Positions 17,138 to 26,383 of a stretch of DNA of 64,000 nt are shown piece after piece. Positions within the stretch are counted from its first letter, which is position 1; the number at the start of each line of letters is the position of its first letter. The translations under genes and the position numbers were made by a program. The DNA is from an uncultured Eubacteriales bacterium. GTDB lineage: Bacteria; Acidobacteriota; Aminicenantia; Aminicenantales; Aminicenantaceae. The notes under the pieces are model-generated. The model saw only the letters and a list, made by a program, of their open reading frames with translations, did no database searches and was not told the DNA's origin. The DNA is taken from NCBI GenBank assembly GCA_964445575.1, contig CAYULB010000007.1, positions 3,039 through 67,038 on the forward strand. The letters are read 5' to 3'.

Positions 17138-18231
17138 TTCCTCTGAAAAAATTTACCTGGACTTTGAGTTATCAATCCCTTGAGTTCTAGTTTCAAAAGA
17201 ACTGATAATACTTCGGATACACTCTTGCCCGTTTTTTTGACTATAAAATCTACATGAGTTAGAGAATCATCCCTGAGATTCTTGATGATATCTCTTTCAA
17301 GAGAATCCAATTTAATTTTTTCTTTTCTCAGGGCTGAAGGCTCAGGGATCATATTTTCTTGGACATAAGGGGGCAATTCCTCTATCACGTCCTCCCATTT
17401 TTCAACAAGCTTGGCTCCATTTTTTATTAACCAGTTGGTTCCCTTGCTCAAAGGAGAAGTAATGTTCCCCGGCACAGCCATGACCTCTCTATTCTGTTCC
17501 AAAGCAAGCTTGGCTGATATGAGTGAACCGCTCCTCTCAGTTGCTTCAGTCACTATTACAGCCAAACTCAACCCACTGATAATCCTATTCCTTAATGGAA
17601 AGTGGAATCCCAGCGGCTTTGACTTCAGAGGGTATTCTGTTATTACCAATCCGGATTCAGTCATCTTTTTAAAAAGCCCTTTGTTGTCTCTGGGATAAAT
17701 GAAATCCAGCCCAGAGCCCAATACAGCCACAGTATGTCCTCCTTTCAAAGCTCCCCAGTGAGCTGCAGAGTCGATTCCAACAGCCATCCCGCTGACGATC
17801 ACAATCCCACGGGAAGCTAACTCAAATGCCAGTTTTTCAGCTACGGCTCTTCCGTAAGGGGACGACCTTCGAGCCCCTACTATCGAGACGGCAGGGACTT
17901 TGAGTAAATCTAAATTCCCTACACAATAGAGGACGTAAGGTGGATCAAAAATTTCTCTTAAACATTCAGGATATTTTTCATCCTCTACGGTTAGGACTGT
18001 ATATCCCTTTTTATTTATTCTGTCAAGTTCCCTTAAAGCTCTTTCTAATGTTCGGGGAGCCTTTATGGAATCAATGGTCTCTTTTTTGAGGTTTAAACCA
18101 TCAAAATCATTCTTATTGGCTTTGAATATCTCTTTAACATTAGAGAATCTTTGAAAAATCTTCTTCGCAGAGCCTAAGTCTTCAGCAAATAAAAGATTAA
18201 AAGCTATCCAATATTTAAGATTTTCTTCCAA
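17131..18231 (-). CDS. dprA: DNA-processing protein DprA (Smf)
   Basis: Rossmann-like core (VSIVGARRSSPYG, VSGMAVGIDSAAH, GSGLDFIYP) plus a C-terminal winged-helix-like tail. Confidence 0.9.
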   Translation of the reverse strand: MEENLKYWIAFNLLFAEDLGSAKKIFQRFSNVKEIFKANKNDFDGLNLKKETIDSIKAPRTLERALRELDRINKKGYTVLTVEDEKYPECLREIFDPPYVLYCVGNLDLLKVPAVSIVGARRSSPYGRAVAEKLAFELASRGIVIVSGMAVGIDSAAHWGALKGGHTVAVLGSGLDFIYPRDNKGLFKKMTESGLVITEYPLKSKPLGFHFPLRNRIISGLSLAVIVTEATERSGSLISAKLALEQNREVMAVPGNITSPLSKGTNWLIKNGAKLVEKWEDVIEELPPYVQENMIPEPSALRKEKIKLDSLERDIIKNLRDDSLTHVDFIVKKTGKSVSEVLSVLLKLELKGLITQSPGKFFQRKW

Positions 18232-18296
18232 CTTCTCCGTTTTTTAAAAAAATTATTTTATCAAGAATTAATGAAAACGCAAGTCACAATGCCTAT

Positions 18297-18790
18297 TCAG
18301 AGGCCATTTAAGAGTAAGGAACCAGATGAGTAAAAAACTCCTGCCCCTGCTCCTGTCATGAGACAAGCCGGAGTAGCCGCAAGCAAAGCCCGAAGGCCGA
18401 TTCTGGAAAGGTCTTTCATTCTTTTTGGTGCCAAAGCACTGATTCCTCCAATAAAGATGGCCAGTGATGCAAAATGGGCAAAGCCGCAGAGTGCATAAGA
18501 AGCAATGATGGCAGACCTAGGGTGTCTCAGAGTGTTTTCAGCCAATAGTTTTGCTAAATTCTTATAAGAGACCACTTCTGTAGCCACTGTCCTTTCTCCA
18601 AGAAGCTTAGCGATTTCAAATGCATCACTGGGTGGAACTCCCAATACAATGGCAAAAGGATAAAAAATATACCCCAGAATCGACCTCATGGACCCATTGA
18701 AATCAATGTTAAAAAGATTGTTAACTTGGCCTCCTAACTACCCAAAATCAGACCTAAAAGGGCAACCAAACCTAAAAAATACTGCGGGTA
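18297..18790 (-). pseudogene. Remnant of a concentrative nucleoside transporter (NupC/CNT family); only the C-terminal third survives
   Basis: The 130-aa ORF aligns to the CNT C-terminus (SILGYIFYPFA..., CGFAHFASLAIFIGGISALAPKR, GLRALLAA). Upstream, an in-frame TAG and a frameshifted TM-like stretch (FLGLVALLGLILGS) are visible. Only about 170 nt separate it from the next gene, so roughly 250 N-terminal codons are missing. Confidence 0.6.
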
Positions 18791-18862
18791 CTCTTTATTT
18801 AAAAATTATTCTCCAACATATAAAAAGACTCTCTAATAAAAGAATCTGTCTCATTTTACTGG

Positions 18863-19087
18863 TTATTTGTCCTTTATCTCAATAATTTTTTTTCTGCTGG
18901 CAAAACCTCTAACAATGCTGACCCGGGCTTTTGGAACATCAAAATAATCAGCCACTCTTTCCACAAGTTCCTTGTTTGCTTTTCCCTTTTCTGGAGGGGC
19001 TTTTATTTTTATTTTAAAATTTCTTTCTCCCACTTCTTTTATTTCTGATTCAGTTGAACCCGGGGTGACCTTCACAGAAATGCGCAC
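18863..19087 (-). CDS. DUF167 (YggU) family protein
   Basis: VKVTPGS...IKAPPEKGKAN.ELV......V.IV.G..SR.K motif pattern. GTG start with a GGAGA RBS, downstream of yggT as in many bacteria. Confidence 0.8.
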   Translation of the reverse strand: MRISVKVTPGSTESEIKEVGERNFKIKIKAPPEKGKANKELVERVADYFDVPKARVSIVRGFASRKKIIEIKDK

Positions 19088-19130
19088 CTACTGTCTCCTC
19101 TATCCTCTATCAAAATGATACGGGTCATAA

Positions 19131-19454
19131 CTAGAAGGAATAAGTCCGGGGTCCCAGCAGCTGAAGAGCGTATTGAGAAAGTGAATTAACCACAACAGTG
19201 TCTATTAAAAAAATCAACACAAAAGCAATGATAGGGCTGATATCCAATCCCCCAAACTTATAAGGGGGCACAAATCTTCTAATGGGAGCTAAAACAGGCT
19301 CTGTTAATCTATAGAGAACTAATCTGACTTTATATAAAGAAGGAGTTCTGATCCAGGAGAGAATAACATGAGCAAAGATGACCCATATATATATATTGAG
19401 AATCACATGAGTGATCCTTGATAAGCCATACAATAAATTTGCAAATAGAGTCAT
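19131..19454 (-). CDS. YggT family membrane protein
   Basis: About 100 aa, with 2-3 TM helices and the ILSWI and PIRR..P..GG(L)D.SP pattern. Confidence 0.8.
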   Translation of the reverse strand: MTLFANLLYGLSRITHVILNIYIWVIFAHVILSWIRTPSLYKVRLVLYRLTEPVLAPIRRFVPPYKFGGLDISPIIAFVLIFLIDTVVVNSLSQYALQLLGPRTYSF

Positions 19455-20242
19455 ACTTCCACCTTTGATTTATTCCTGATCACGTGTTTGTATTTTTCAA
19501 AAAGCTCTTTGAGCTGCCTTTCAGTAATAATGTATCCCCTTATATAGAAGGAAAGATTTGGCCTTAAAGGGTCATTCGTTTTTAAAAGAACATATTCTCT
19601 TAGGGAACCTGTTTTATCAGAAGAACTTATTTCAATTACAACTTTTCTTTGACCGTTGGATGGGATTTTTAGGGACTTCTTCAACTCTTTTCCTTGAGTA
19701 AAAAAACGCGCAGCTTTATGGGAAAATGTCACTTCCAATTCCAGCTCGCCGGTATTTCTTACCACCGCTTCGCAACTGATATCCTCCCCCTGGAGAATCA
19801 ACCCGATATCCATGCTGGTCTTTTCAAGCCTGATTTTAGGACCCGGCGGAACCTCTACATTTGCAGAAACAGAGAGGACACTCCGAGACTCTTTTGGGTC
19901 ATTGGAATAGACATAGATATATTTGGAGACATTTCCACTATATCCTCTGGTGTTAAAGGTGACTTTAAGACTCCCTTTTTCCCCTGGCTCCAGATTCTTC
20001 TTGGAAGCGAGCACCGCGGTGCATCCACAAGAAGTCTTGATGTCTTTTATAATAAGGAGTGAATTCCCCGCGTTCTCAAACATAAAATTATGGGTCAGAA
20101 TTTCTCCCCCCTTGACTTTTCCAAAGTTAATTTTTTTGCTGTCAAATTTTATATCCGGAGAATCCAAAGCACTCAGATAACCAGACAAGACCCCTAAAAA
20201 CAGAACAAAAAATAAAACAGCTGTCTTTTTTCCTCTCATCAT
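19451..20242 (-). CDS. Secreted DUF1573 domain protein (two Ig-like repeats)
   Basis: Signal peptide, then FGKVKGGEILTHNFMFENAGNSLLIIKDIKTSCGCT, the hallmark of DUF1573, followed by a second degenerate repeat. Confidence 0.75.
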   Translation of the reverse strand: MMRGKKTAVLFFVLFLGVLSGYLSALDSPDIKFDSKKINFGKVKGGEILTHNFMFENAGNSLLIIKDIKTSCGCTAVLASKKNLEPGEKGSLKVTFNTRGYSGNVSKYIYVYSNDPKESRSVLSVSANVEVPPGPKIRLEKTSMDIGLILQGEDISCEAVVRNTGELELEVTFSHKAARFFTQGKELKKSLKIPSNGQRKVVIEISSSDKTGSLREYVLLKTNDPLRPNLSFYIRGYIITERQLKELFEKYKHVIRNKSKVEV

Positions 20243-20317
20243 TCACTCCCTTCTTTAAAGTGCTATTATGATAACATTTTTTATGAGCTCTGTTAAAGGT
20301 TTACTCCACTATGTTTC

Positions 20318-20346
20318 TTGACAGTTAAATTACCCTTCTCTATAAT
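20318..20346 (+). promoter_or_regulatory. Consensus sigma70 promoter: TTGACA, 17 nt, TATAAT
   Basis: Perfect -35 (20318-20323) and -10 (20341-20346) with a 17-nt spacer, 22 nt upstream of GTG 20368. Confidence 0.7.
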
Positions 20347-20367
20347 TCCCTTCAAAGGACGGCTCAA

Positions 20368-21555
20368 GTGAAAAAAATAAAAAAGAAAAGTAATTTTATA
20401 TTATTGTTATTCTCAATTCAATTTATCCTTTTCTCTCATTTCTACGGATTTCCTCAGGATGAACAAGCAACGCTCAAAGTCGTCACTGAACTTGCAAACA
20501 TTCGGGCTGAACCTGATATAGGAAGCCCCATTATCCATCTGGCAAGCCAGGGGACACTTATGGAAATTCTCGGACAGGAAGGACCGTGGTTCCATGTTAA
20601 AATCTTAATTGATGAGCAAAAGAAAATTGAAGGGTATGTGCATGAAAGTTTAGTGGAAAAAATTCTTCCTGAGATGCCTGAAGAAGAAAGGGAAATCAGA
20701 AAAGAACCAGAAAAAGAAACTGCTGAGACTCCCAAAATTGAAGCGCAAACTACAGTAAGAAAAAAGCCTTATTTTTTGAGAGATTCTCAGGTTTATGTCA
20801 GTCTCTCAGGAGGCGCTCATTACGCCTTAGTGGGAGACTTAAACAAAGGAACCCAAGGGTTTGCAGATTACTACCAAAGCATTCTTAAAACCGAACAAAC
20901 CGGCAATGTGGAACCACTTCATCTGAATTCTGTATTGGGAGGAGAAGTAGGGATTCATTTAGGACAAGGATTTCATCTGGGAATAGGAGCTGACTTTTGT
21001 CGAGGCCAAAAAGAAAGTTCAGTGGAATTCACTCAACCTGCCTTTTTAAACGTTCAAACCCAATCTGAAATAAAATTTATTCCCATCCGCCTCGTTCTTT
21101 CCTATCATATAACTCCTGAATTCTTTATTAAGGGGGGGCTTGAATACACTCTGGCTGAATGCAGATATTTTTACAAAATCACAGAAAGCAATGCCTGGAC
21201 GGAATGGAACGGGAACGCTGACTCCAGTCAATTGGGAGGAGTCATGAGCCTTGGATATGTTCATGACTTAAGTAGAAATCTCAGTATGTTTATAGAAGCT
21301 TCCGGACGTTACGCAAAAGTCAAGAACCTCAAAGGAGAGGGAACCTATAAAGACTCAGATGACCTGGAGTACACAGAAAAAGGATATATGTACATATATC
21401 AAGGAGAAGCCTCAGGCCAAGAATCTTTTTCCCTTTTGTTCATTAGGGATAAAATGCCCTCAGGATATGGAGTCTCAAATCCTGAAAAAGCATCTCTTGA
21501 TTTATCCGGCTTTTCCCTCAAAGCCGGAATTAAAATAAGGTTTGACCTTTTTTAG
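20368..21555 (+). CDS. Secreted protein with an N-terminal bacterial SH3 domain and a C-terminal outer-membrane beta-barrel-like domain
   Basis: Signal peptide, an SH3_3-like segment (ANIRAEPDIGSPIIHLASQGTLMEILGQEGPWFHVKI), an E/K-rich linker, alternating beta-strand patterning, and a terminal ...IKIRFDLF (aromatic C-terminus). Confidence 0.6.
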   Translation: MKKIKKKSNFILLLFSIQFILFSHFYGFPQDEQATLKVVTELANIRAEPDIGSPIIHLASQGTLMEILGQEGPWFHVKILIDEQKKIEGYVHESLVEKILPEMPEEEREIRKEPEKETAETPKIEAQTTVRKKPYFLRDSQVYVSLSGGAHYALVGDLNKGTQGFADYYQSILKTEQTGNVEPLHLNSVLGGEVGIHLGQGFHLGIGADFCRGQKESSVEFTQPAFLNVQTQSEIKFIPIRLVLSYHITPEFFIKGGLEYTLAECRYFYKITESNAWTEWNGNADSSQLGGVMSLGYVHDLSRNLSMFIEASGRYAKVKNLKGEGTYKDSDDLEYTEKGYMYIYQGEASGQESFSLLFIRDKMPSGYGVSNPEKASLDLSGFSLKAGIKIRFDLF

Positions 21556-22191
21556 CAGAGCAATATGCTGGGAATGTACCCCTCTGAATAAGGGAGTTAT
21601 CTTTTTTATGCGAAATCCTGATTTTTCTGCTTCCTGAATAAATTCTTTTTTGGATATCATGTTTATATTTGTCCTGCTCTTTCCTCCCATTTTTCTAATC
21701 TTTCTCTGAAGTCTGTGCAGAATATTCAGGCGGTAAAAAGAAACCATCACCCAATCAGATGTGACACGGAAAAATTCCTTTAGAATTTGAATGCGCTGGT
21801 TTTTTTCATGGACATGGTGAAAAAACCTCATACAAAAGACTCCCTCCAATGCTTCATCCTCAAACGGCAGCCCTTCCGCCGCATCACATGCTACCCCGAT
21901 TCCCCCGTTCATCTCTAAAAAAATACGCCTTTGTACGGCTCTTTTGACCATAGAAAAAGAGACATCCCCGCTAATAAACCACTGGCTTTTTTGGGCAAGC
22001 AATCCTGAAAACCTCCCAAAACCGCAGGGCAGGTCAAGAATCCTGGCCCTTTCTTTGTCTCTTTCCCCAAACAGGCTGTTTATGACTCTCCTTTCCTTCC
22101 AGTCGACTATCTTCTGGTCAAAACCGTGGTATCTTTTTTTCTCATAATCAAGGACTTCATGGGTATTAAAAGTGGTTCTTTTTTTTCTCAC
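21502..22191 (-). CDS. Class I SAM-dependent methyltransferase
   Basis: Motif I ILDLPCGFGRFSG and a downstream acidic/aromatic pattern (VFCMRFFHHV). Its 3' end overlaps the convergent gene by 54 nt. Confidence 0.75.
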   Translation of the reverse strand: MRKKRTTFNTHEVLDYEKKRYHGFDQKIVDWKERRVINSLFGERDKERARILDLPCGFGRFSGLLAQKSQWFISGDVSFSMVKRAVQRRIFLEMNGGIGVACDAAEGLPFEDEALEGVFCMRFFHHVHEKNQRIQILKEFFRVTSDWVMVSFYRLNILHRLQRKIRKMGGKSRTNINMISKKEFIQEAEKSGFRIKKITPLFRGVHSQHIALLKKVKPYFNSGFEGKAG

Positions 22192-22238
22192 CTCGACTCC
22201 TTTTCAACTGATATCAATGCTGATTTCTTAAGAGTCAA

Positions 22239-23528
22239 TCACTCATCTGATTTAAAATAAATATATACAGGCTTTTCTGTTAACAGGACCTTCTGGCCCC
22301 AAAAATCAGCTTCTTTCCCATCTCTATCAAATGCTTTTAAGATCTGTTTCGAAAAGGTATGGGTCAAACTCCCTTTCGGGGTCCAACAAACCGCAAAGAT
22401 ATCTAAGTCTTTCCTAAACATAAATATCTCCGCAGCAGAGTTTGGTTCCTTTTTTATAAACACACTTTTGCTTAATTTATCTACAACGGTTTTCAAAGCA
22501 AAAAAAGAAGGCCTTTTTCTCCACCGTCCCCCTAGGTTATCAATGAGTCCATAACCTGGAGCCGCAAGCTGCCACCAGTATATCCTCTTTATCAGTCCTG
22601 GAGTCAAAGCCAACATAGAGTAGCGGACAAGAAAGTTTGCCTGCTGCTCCTCAGTTACATTGGGATTTCCTGAAGCAGGAGAATATTTTCCCGTCCCTTT
22701 TATAGGCCAGTTGTATTCAGTGATCCACAGTTCCTTTCCCTTAAAGCTGCATTTATCTACCACTGCCTTCAGTAAAGCTATTTTTTTTGTAAGGTCCCAT
22801 CCGAATTGACTGTTTTCAGGAGCTCCTACCCTGTCAACGTATAAAAGAGAAGTAATCCTATCAAAAAAGAGATGTTTTAAAACAGGGGGGTAAAGGTGAA
22901 ACTCAAAATCAATTACCGCAGGGCCCAGCAATTTTATACCGAATTTTTTTGCCATCCTGAAACCAGGCTCTGCAAGCTCTAAATACTCCTTATAATTCCA
23001 TAATCCCCATTTTGTCCGGTTCCAAGCGTGGCCTATTTCAAAAAATCTGCACCTCCCTGAAAAACGTGAAAAAACATGTTCCAGAAAATCAACCCATTTC
23101 TTCTGATCAATCACATCCTCGCGCTGCTGAATCAATGCAATCACCACATCCATTCCTTTTTCTTTCAGCAAGTCCACAAAGACCTCATATTCTGAGAGAC
23201 TCTTTCTCTCCCAAGAAGGGATCCGGACCAGAGTGTTTTTGACTCCAATCTGTCTTAATGAATCCAGGATTTCACTCTGGTTGTTTTTTAATAGAGAAAC
23301 GGAAACTCCAAAAGGGTCTTTAATGTGGATAGGATTTTTATAGAGTGATTTCATGTGCTTTCTGTAGCAGGTCAGGATGGGAATCAACTTCTGCAGGTTT
23401 GACACTATCATTTTTAAGTAACTCCCCGTGTATCGGAAGTGGTGTTTGAAACGCTCTGAGCGCGAAGCAACATTATGAGGTTGATCCGCATAGGGATTCC
23501 ATCTAAAATTATTAGGAGCTACTTTCAT
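22239..23528 (-). CDS. TIM-barrel glycoside-hydrolase-like protein (clan GH-A-like), function unknown
   Basis: ELWITEYNWP resembles the nucleophile strand of clan GH-A enzymes, and FEIGHAWN resembles an acid/base strand. I cannot assign a family by eye. Confidence 0.45.
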   Translation of the reverse strand: MKVAPNNFRWNPYADQPHNVASRSERFKHHFRYTGSYLKMIVSNLQKLIPILTCYRKHMKSLYKNPIHIKDPFGVSVSLLKNNQSEILDSLRQIGVKNTLVRIPSWERKSLSEYEVFVDLLKEKGMDVVIALIQQREDVIDQKKWVDFLEHVFSRFSGRCRFFEIGHAWNRTKWGLWNYKEYLELAEPGFRMAKKFGIKLLGPAVIDFEFHLYPPVLKHLFFDRITSLLYVDRVGAPENSQFGWDLTKKIALLKAVVDKCSFKGKELWITEYNWPIKGTGKYSPASGNPNVTEEQQANFLVRYSMLALTPGLIKRIYWWQLAAPGYGLIDNLGGRWRKRPSFFALKTVVDKLSKSVFIKKEPNSAAEIFMFRKDLDIFAVCWTPKGSLTHTFSKQILKAFDRDGKEADFWGQKVLLTEKPVYIYFKSDE

Positions 23529-23531
23529 TTT

Positions 23532-24422
23532 CTATTGAATCCTTAAAGCCTCGGCTATCTTTTTAATGCCGAGTTTTTTCTTAATGTGAAGATATCCGGA
23601 AAAAATTTTCTTATTCAATCTATACCATTTCCAGTAAAAACCCTTGAGGGATACAGGAGTTAAATAGAGTTTAAGAAAATATCTCTGATAATGAAAAGGT
23701 ATACCAAGACGGATGAGGCTTTTCAAGCTTCGTAAGAGCGAAAAAAACCTTATCTCTTTTACCCGGTTGGTATCAATAAGAAACAGTCTATATCCTCCTT
23801 TACGGCGGCAAACCAGGACATTCCCATCTGACAAGTCCCGGTGAAGGATCTTTCTCTTCCTTACACGAGAAAGCAGCCCAGCTAATTCTTTAAGCAGATT
23901 CTCGGTTTCTTCCTCCGGCAGACTCTGGAACAAATTTCTTATTTCCTGAGCTCCCTTTACTCTTTCTGAAAAAAAATAACATTCTGTAACCATTCTCCTC
24001 TTTCTCTTCTCTAAAAAAGCGATCGGGAATGGAGTGGGAATATCATTTCTGCTCAGAAGACTGCTTCCATACCAAGCCTTTTTGGCTTTAGATGGGACGA
24101 TCGCGCTTTTTATTCTGTTGATGCCTCTAGTGCGAAAAGATTTAATGACCACTTGATGCATTTTCCCCTTTAATTTTACATCCAAAGCTCCCACCCGATT
24201 TCTAGAGTCCAGCAGAATCCTTATGGAAGGCCTCTGCCATAAACTTTCAGGACAGGCTAGCATCTTGAGGAAACCTTCCTGATGAAATCCAGGGCTTACC
24301 TTTCCCTGGTAACCTTGTTTAGAAATGGAAATCCCAAATTCTTTTTTTTTCAATGTACAGCCTATGTCTCTCTTAGCTGACCTAACAGCATAAAAATGAT
24401 GACAGTCAATTTCTTTTTTCAC
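23532..24422 (-). CDS. Lipopolysaccharide kinase (Kdo/WaaP/InaA) family protein-kinase-like protein
   Basis: The catalytic loop ILHRDLSDGNVLV and a following FLIDTNR (DxD/N-like) are typical of LPS core kinases. GTG start. Confidence 0.7.
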   Translation of the reverse strand: MKKEIDCHHFYAVRSAKRDIGCTLKKKEFGISISKQGYQGKVSPGFHQEGFLKMLACPESLWQRPSIRILLDSRNRVGALDVKLKGKMHQVVIKSFRTRGINRIKSAIVPSKAKKAWYGSSLLSRNDIPTPFPIAFLEKRKRRMVTECYFFSERVKGAQEIRNLFQSLPEEETENLLKELAGLLSRVRKRKILHRDLSDGNVLVCRRKGGYRLFLIDTNRVKEIRFFSLLRSLKSLIRLGIPFHYQRYFLKLYLTPVSLKGFYWKWYRLNKKIFSGYLHIKKKLGIKKIAEALRIQ

Positions 24423-24508
24423 TATTATAAACTCTCTTCAGATGTTTTGAAACATTCAAGGTGAATTCCTTATTTATTTCTAAAAAGATAGCCTCTCTCC
24501 ATTGAAAC

Positions 24509-24554
24509 CCAAGGGGGATAATCCCGGATTCATCATTATGGTAAAGCCCCTTGG
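24509..24554. other. Nested inverted repeat in a divergent promoter region (CCAAGGGG...CCCCTTGG enclosing the palindrome AATCCcGGATT)
   Basis: 8-bp perfect outer arms (24509-24516 / 24547-24554) and an internal 11-bp palindrome at 24520-24530. The segment is locally GC-rich. Confidence 0.35.
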
Positions 24555-24687
24555 CTGATGCTTCTGAACGAGTACAGTTCATTGATTTATTCCTACAAAT
24601 ATGGTATAAATGTATTGAAATAATAACTTTTATATTCATAAACAATATTTATGTTTTCCCCAGTTGTTCGAAGCAAAGGAAGGGGAA

Positions 24688-26253
24688 ATGAGAAAAATTG
24701 CACTCATAATATTCTTCATTTTTCTAGGCAGCTTGTCTGCCCTGTCTATTCAGGAAGAAAAGCCGTTTTCTTTCAGGAACATTAAAAACGATCAAGACTC
24801 TTCTGGCTTGGAGTTGTTTTCTCTGGCTCCTGTTTATAACAACACAAAAATCTCCCCAGCGTTTCCTCCTGCTGTATCAACTTCCCCAACACTATCCTGT
24901 GAAAAAACAGAACCCTCGCCTTTAAAAACTATCAGCAAAGAATTCAGTCTTCACCAAAACAATTCTGCTCCATTCAACTTTACCCTTCCCCGTTATGAAC
25001 TGTCGTATCTTGATGGAACAGCGTCTTATTCCACTGCTTTCATGGAAATAAGTGGTATTAACCTTGCAGTTTGGTCTTTTGATAAATTCATCCTCAAAAA
25101 AACGTGGGCTCAGATATCAGTTGGCTCTATCTACAACAATCTTAACAACGGATTTGAATGGGACAATGGAACCTTTATAAGCAACCAATTTGCCCACCCC
25201 TATCATGGAGCTATGTATTTCTCTGCAGCCCGGCTGAACGGTCTGGATTTCATGGAATCCGTTTTATTTACTACTTCTGGAAGCTTGATGTGGGAGCTGT
25301 TCTTTGAGTCAAACTATCCTTCAATCAATGACACAGTCATGACAACTCTGGGAGGAGTGGTCCTGGGAGGTCCTCTTTTTCAAATCGCTGGAATGCTGAT
25401 GAGCCAACAGCAGGCTGGCATCAAAGGTATCTTTCAGAAATCTTTGATGACTCTCATCAATCCCTATTTTGGCTACAGCTCATTATCAGGTAAAAACTCT
25501 GGGTTAAATTTTTTTACTGAAGACCATCACTATAGTTTTCATTTGCCCTTAGGTACTTACTGGTCTTCAACCAACATCCAAAAATATCTGGTAGGAATCT
25601 GTATTGAAAATAAAGATTTTAGGGAAAAAGACCTCATCAAAATCAAACCCTATGACTGGTTTCTCCTTGACTTTCAGCTGGGGATCAGCAGGGAAGGTCC
25701 CTGGGACAAAGAAATCTCAACTACAGTCTTACTCAGTGGAGCAAAAACAGAATTCGGACTCAGCGGTCTGTTTGGAGTCTATGATTACATAGACACTCAG
25801 ATCATTGACAGGGTCTCAGCAGCCGGAGTGGGAATCGGAGCGGTCTCAACTTTTCATTCTGAACCGGACTTCTTTACTGACACTTCCGGGGTGGTATCCT
25901 TTATTTTTGGGGGTTCCAGTCCCTCACTGGATACTGAAAGATGCCATTTCGGCCAAGTAGACCAAAAACCTTATTATTTTGGACCGGGTATGATGTCCAG
26001 GTTTAGAATAGAAACAGGGAAAAAAGGATTTGGCAGCATTCTTGCTAAATTTTCGCACTACTGGATCAACTCGCTCTTTTCTGAAGCTAAAGAGTCTTTA
26101 TCTATTTCTTCATTTAACCTGAAGTTCGCCGTAACCAAAAATTCATATGTCAATCTGGGATATGACTGCTACATCAGACAGGGTACAATCATGAAAAAAA
26201 ACGAAGCTTCCTTCCATGGAGCCATGAAGGTTTTCTTTGTCCATAAATTTTAA
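24688..26253 (+). CDS. Secreted or membrane protein, DUF3943-like
   Basis: Signal peptide MRKIALIIFFIFLGSLSALS after an AGGAAGGGG RBS. The motif WDNGTFISNQFAHPYHGAMYF is what I associate with DUF3943. The family call is from memory. Confidence 0.55.
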   Translation: MRKIALIIFFIFLGSLSALSIQEEKPFSFRNIKNDQDSSGLELFSLAPVYNNTKISPAFPPAVSTSPTLSCEKTEPSPLKTISKEFSLHQNNSAPFNFTLPRYELSYLDGTASYSTAFMEISGINLAVWSFDKFILKKTWAQISVGSIYNNLNNGFEWDNGTFISNQFAHPYHGAMYFSAARLNGLDFMESVLFTTSGSLMWELFFESNYPSINDTVMTTLGGVVLGGPLFQIAGMLMSQQQAGIKGIFQKSLMTLINPYFGYSSLSGKNSGLNFFTEDHHYSFHLPLGTYWSSTNIQKYLVGICIENKDFREKDLIKIKPYDWFLLDFQLGISREGPWDKEISTTVLLSGAKTEFGLSGLFGVYDYIDTQIIDRVSAAGVGIGAVSTFHSEPDFFTDTSGVVSFIFGGSSPSLDTERCHFGQVDQKPYYFGPGMMSRFRIETGKKGFGSILAKFSHYWINSLFSEAKESLSISSFNLKFAVTKNSYVNLGYDCYIRQGTIMKKNEASFHGAMKVFFVHKF

Positions 26254-26308
26254 CTTTCAGCAGGAATTTTTTCTTTTAAGCACTCCTAAATCAAAAAGAA
26301 TTTAATGA

Positions 26309-26337
26309 TTGCCAAAATCCCCTTTGTTGTATATAGT
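26309..26337 (+). promoter_or_regulatory. Putative sigma70 promoter: TTGCCA, 17 nt, TATAGT
   Basis: Hexamers at 26309-26314 and 26332-26337, upstream of the BNR-repeat gene. Confidence 0.45.
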
Positions 26338-26383
26338 TCTATAAATTAAGGAGATTCAAATCGAATTCTAAAAGGAGGAACCC

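Noticed and set aside
24406-24645. 79-aa minus-strand ORF in the divergent intergenic region
   Set aside because: It overlaps the kinase gene start and spans the palindromic element. It has no RBS or recognisable motif and is probably a chance ORF.
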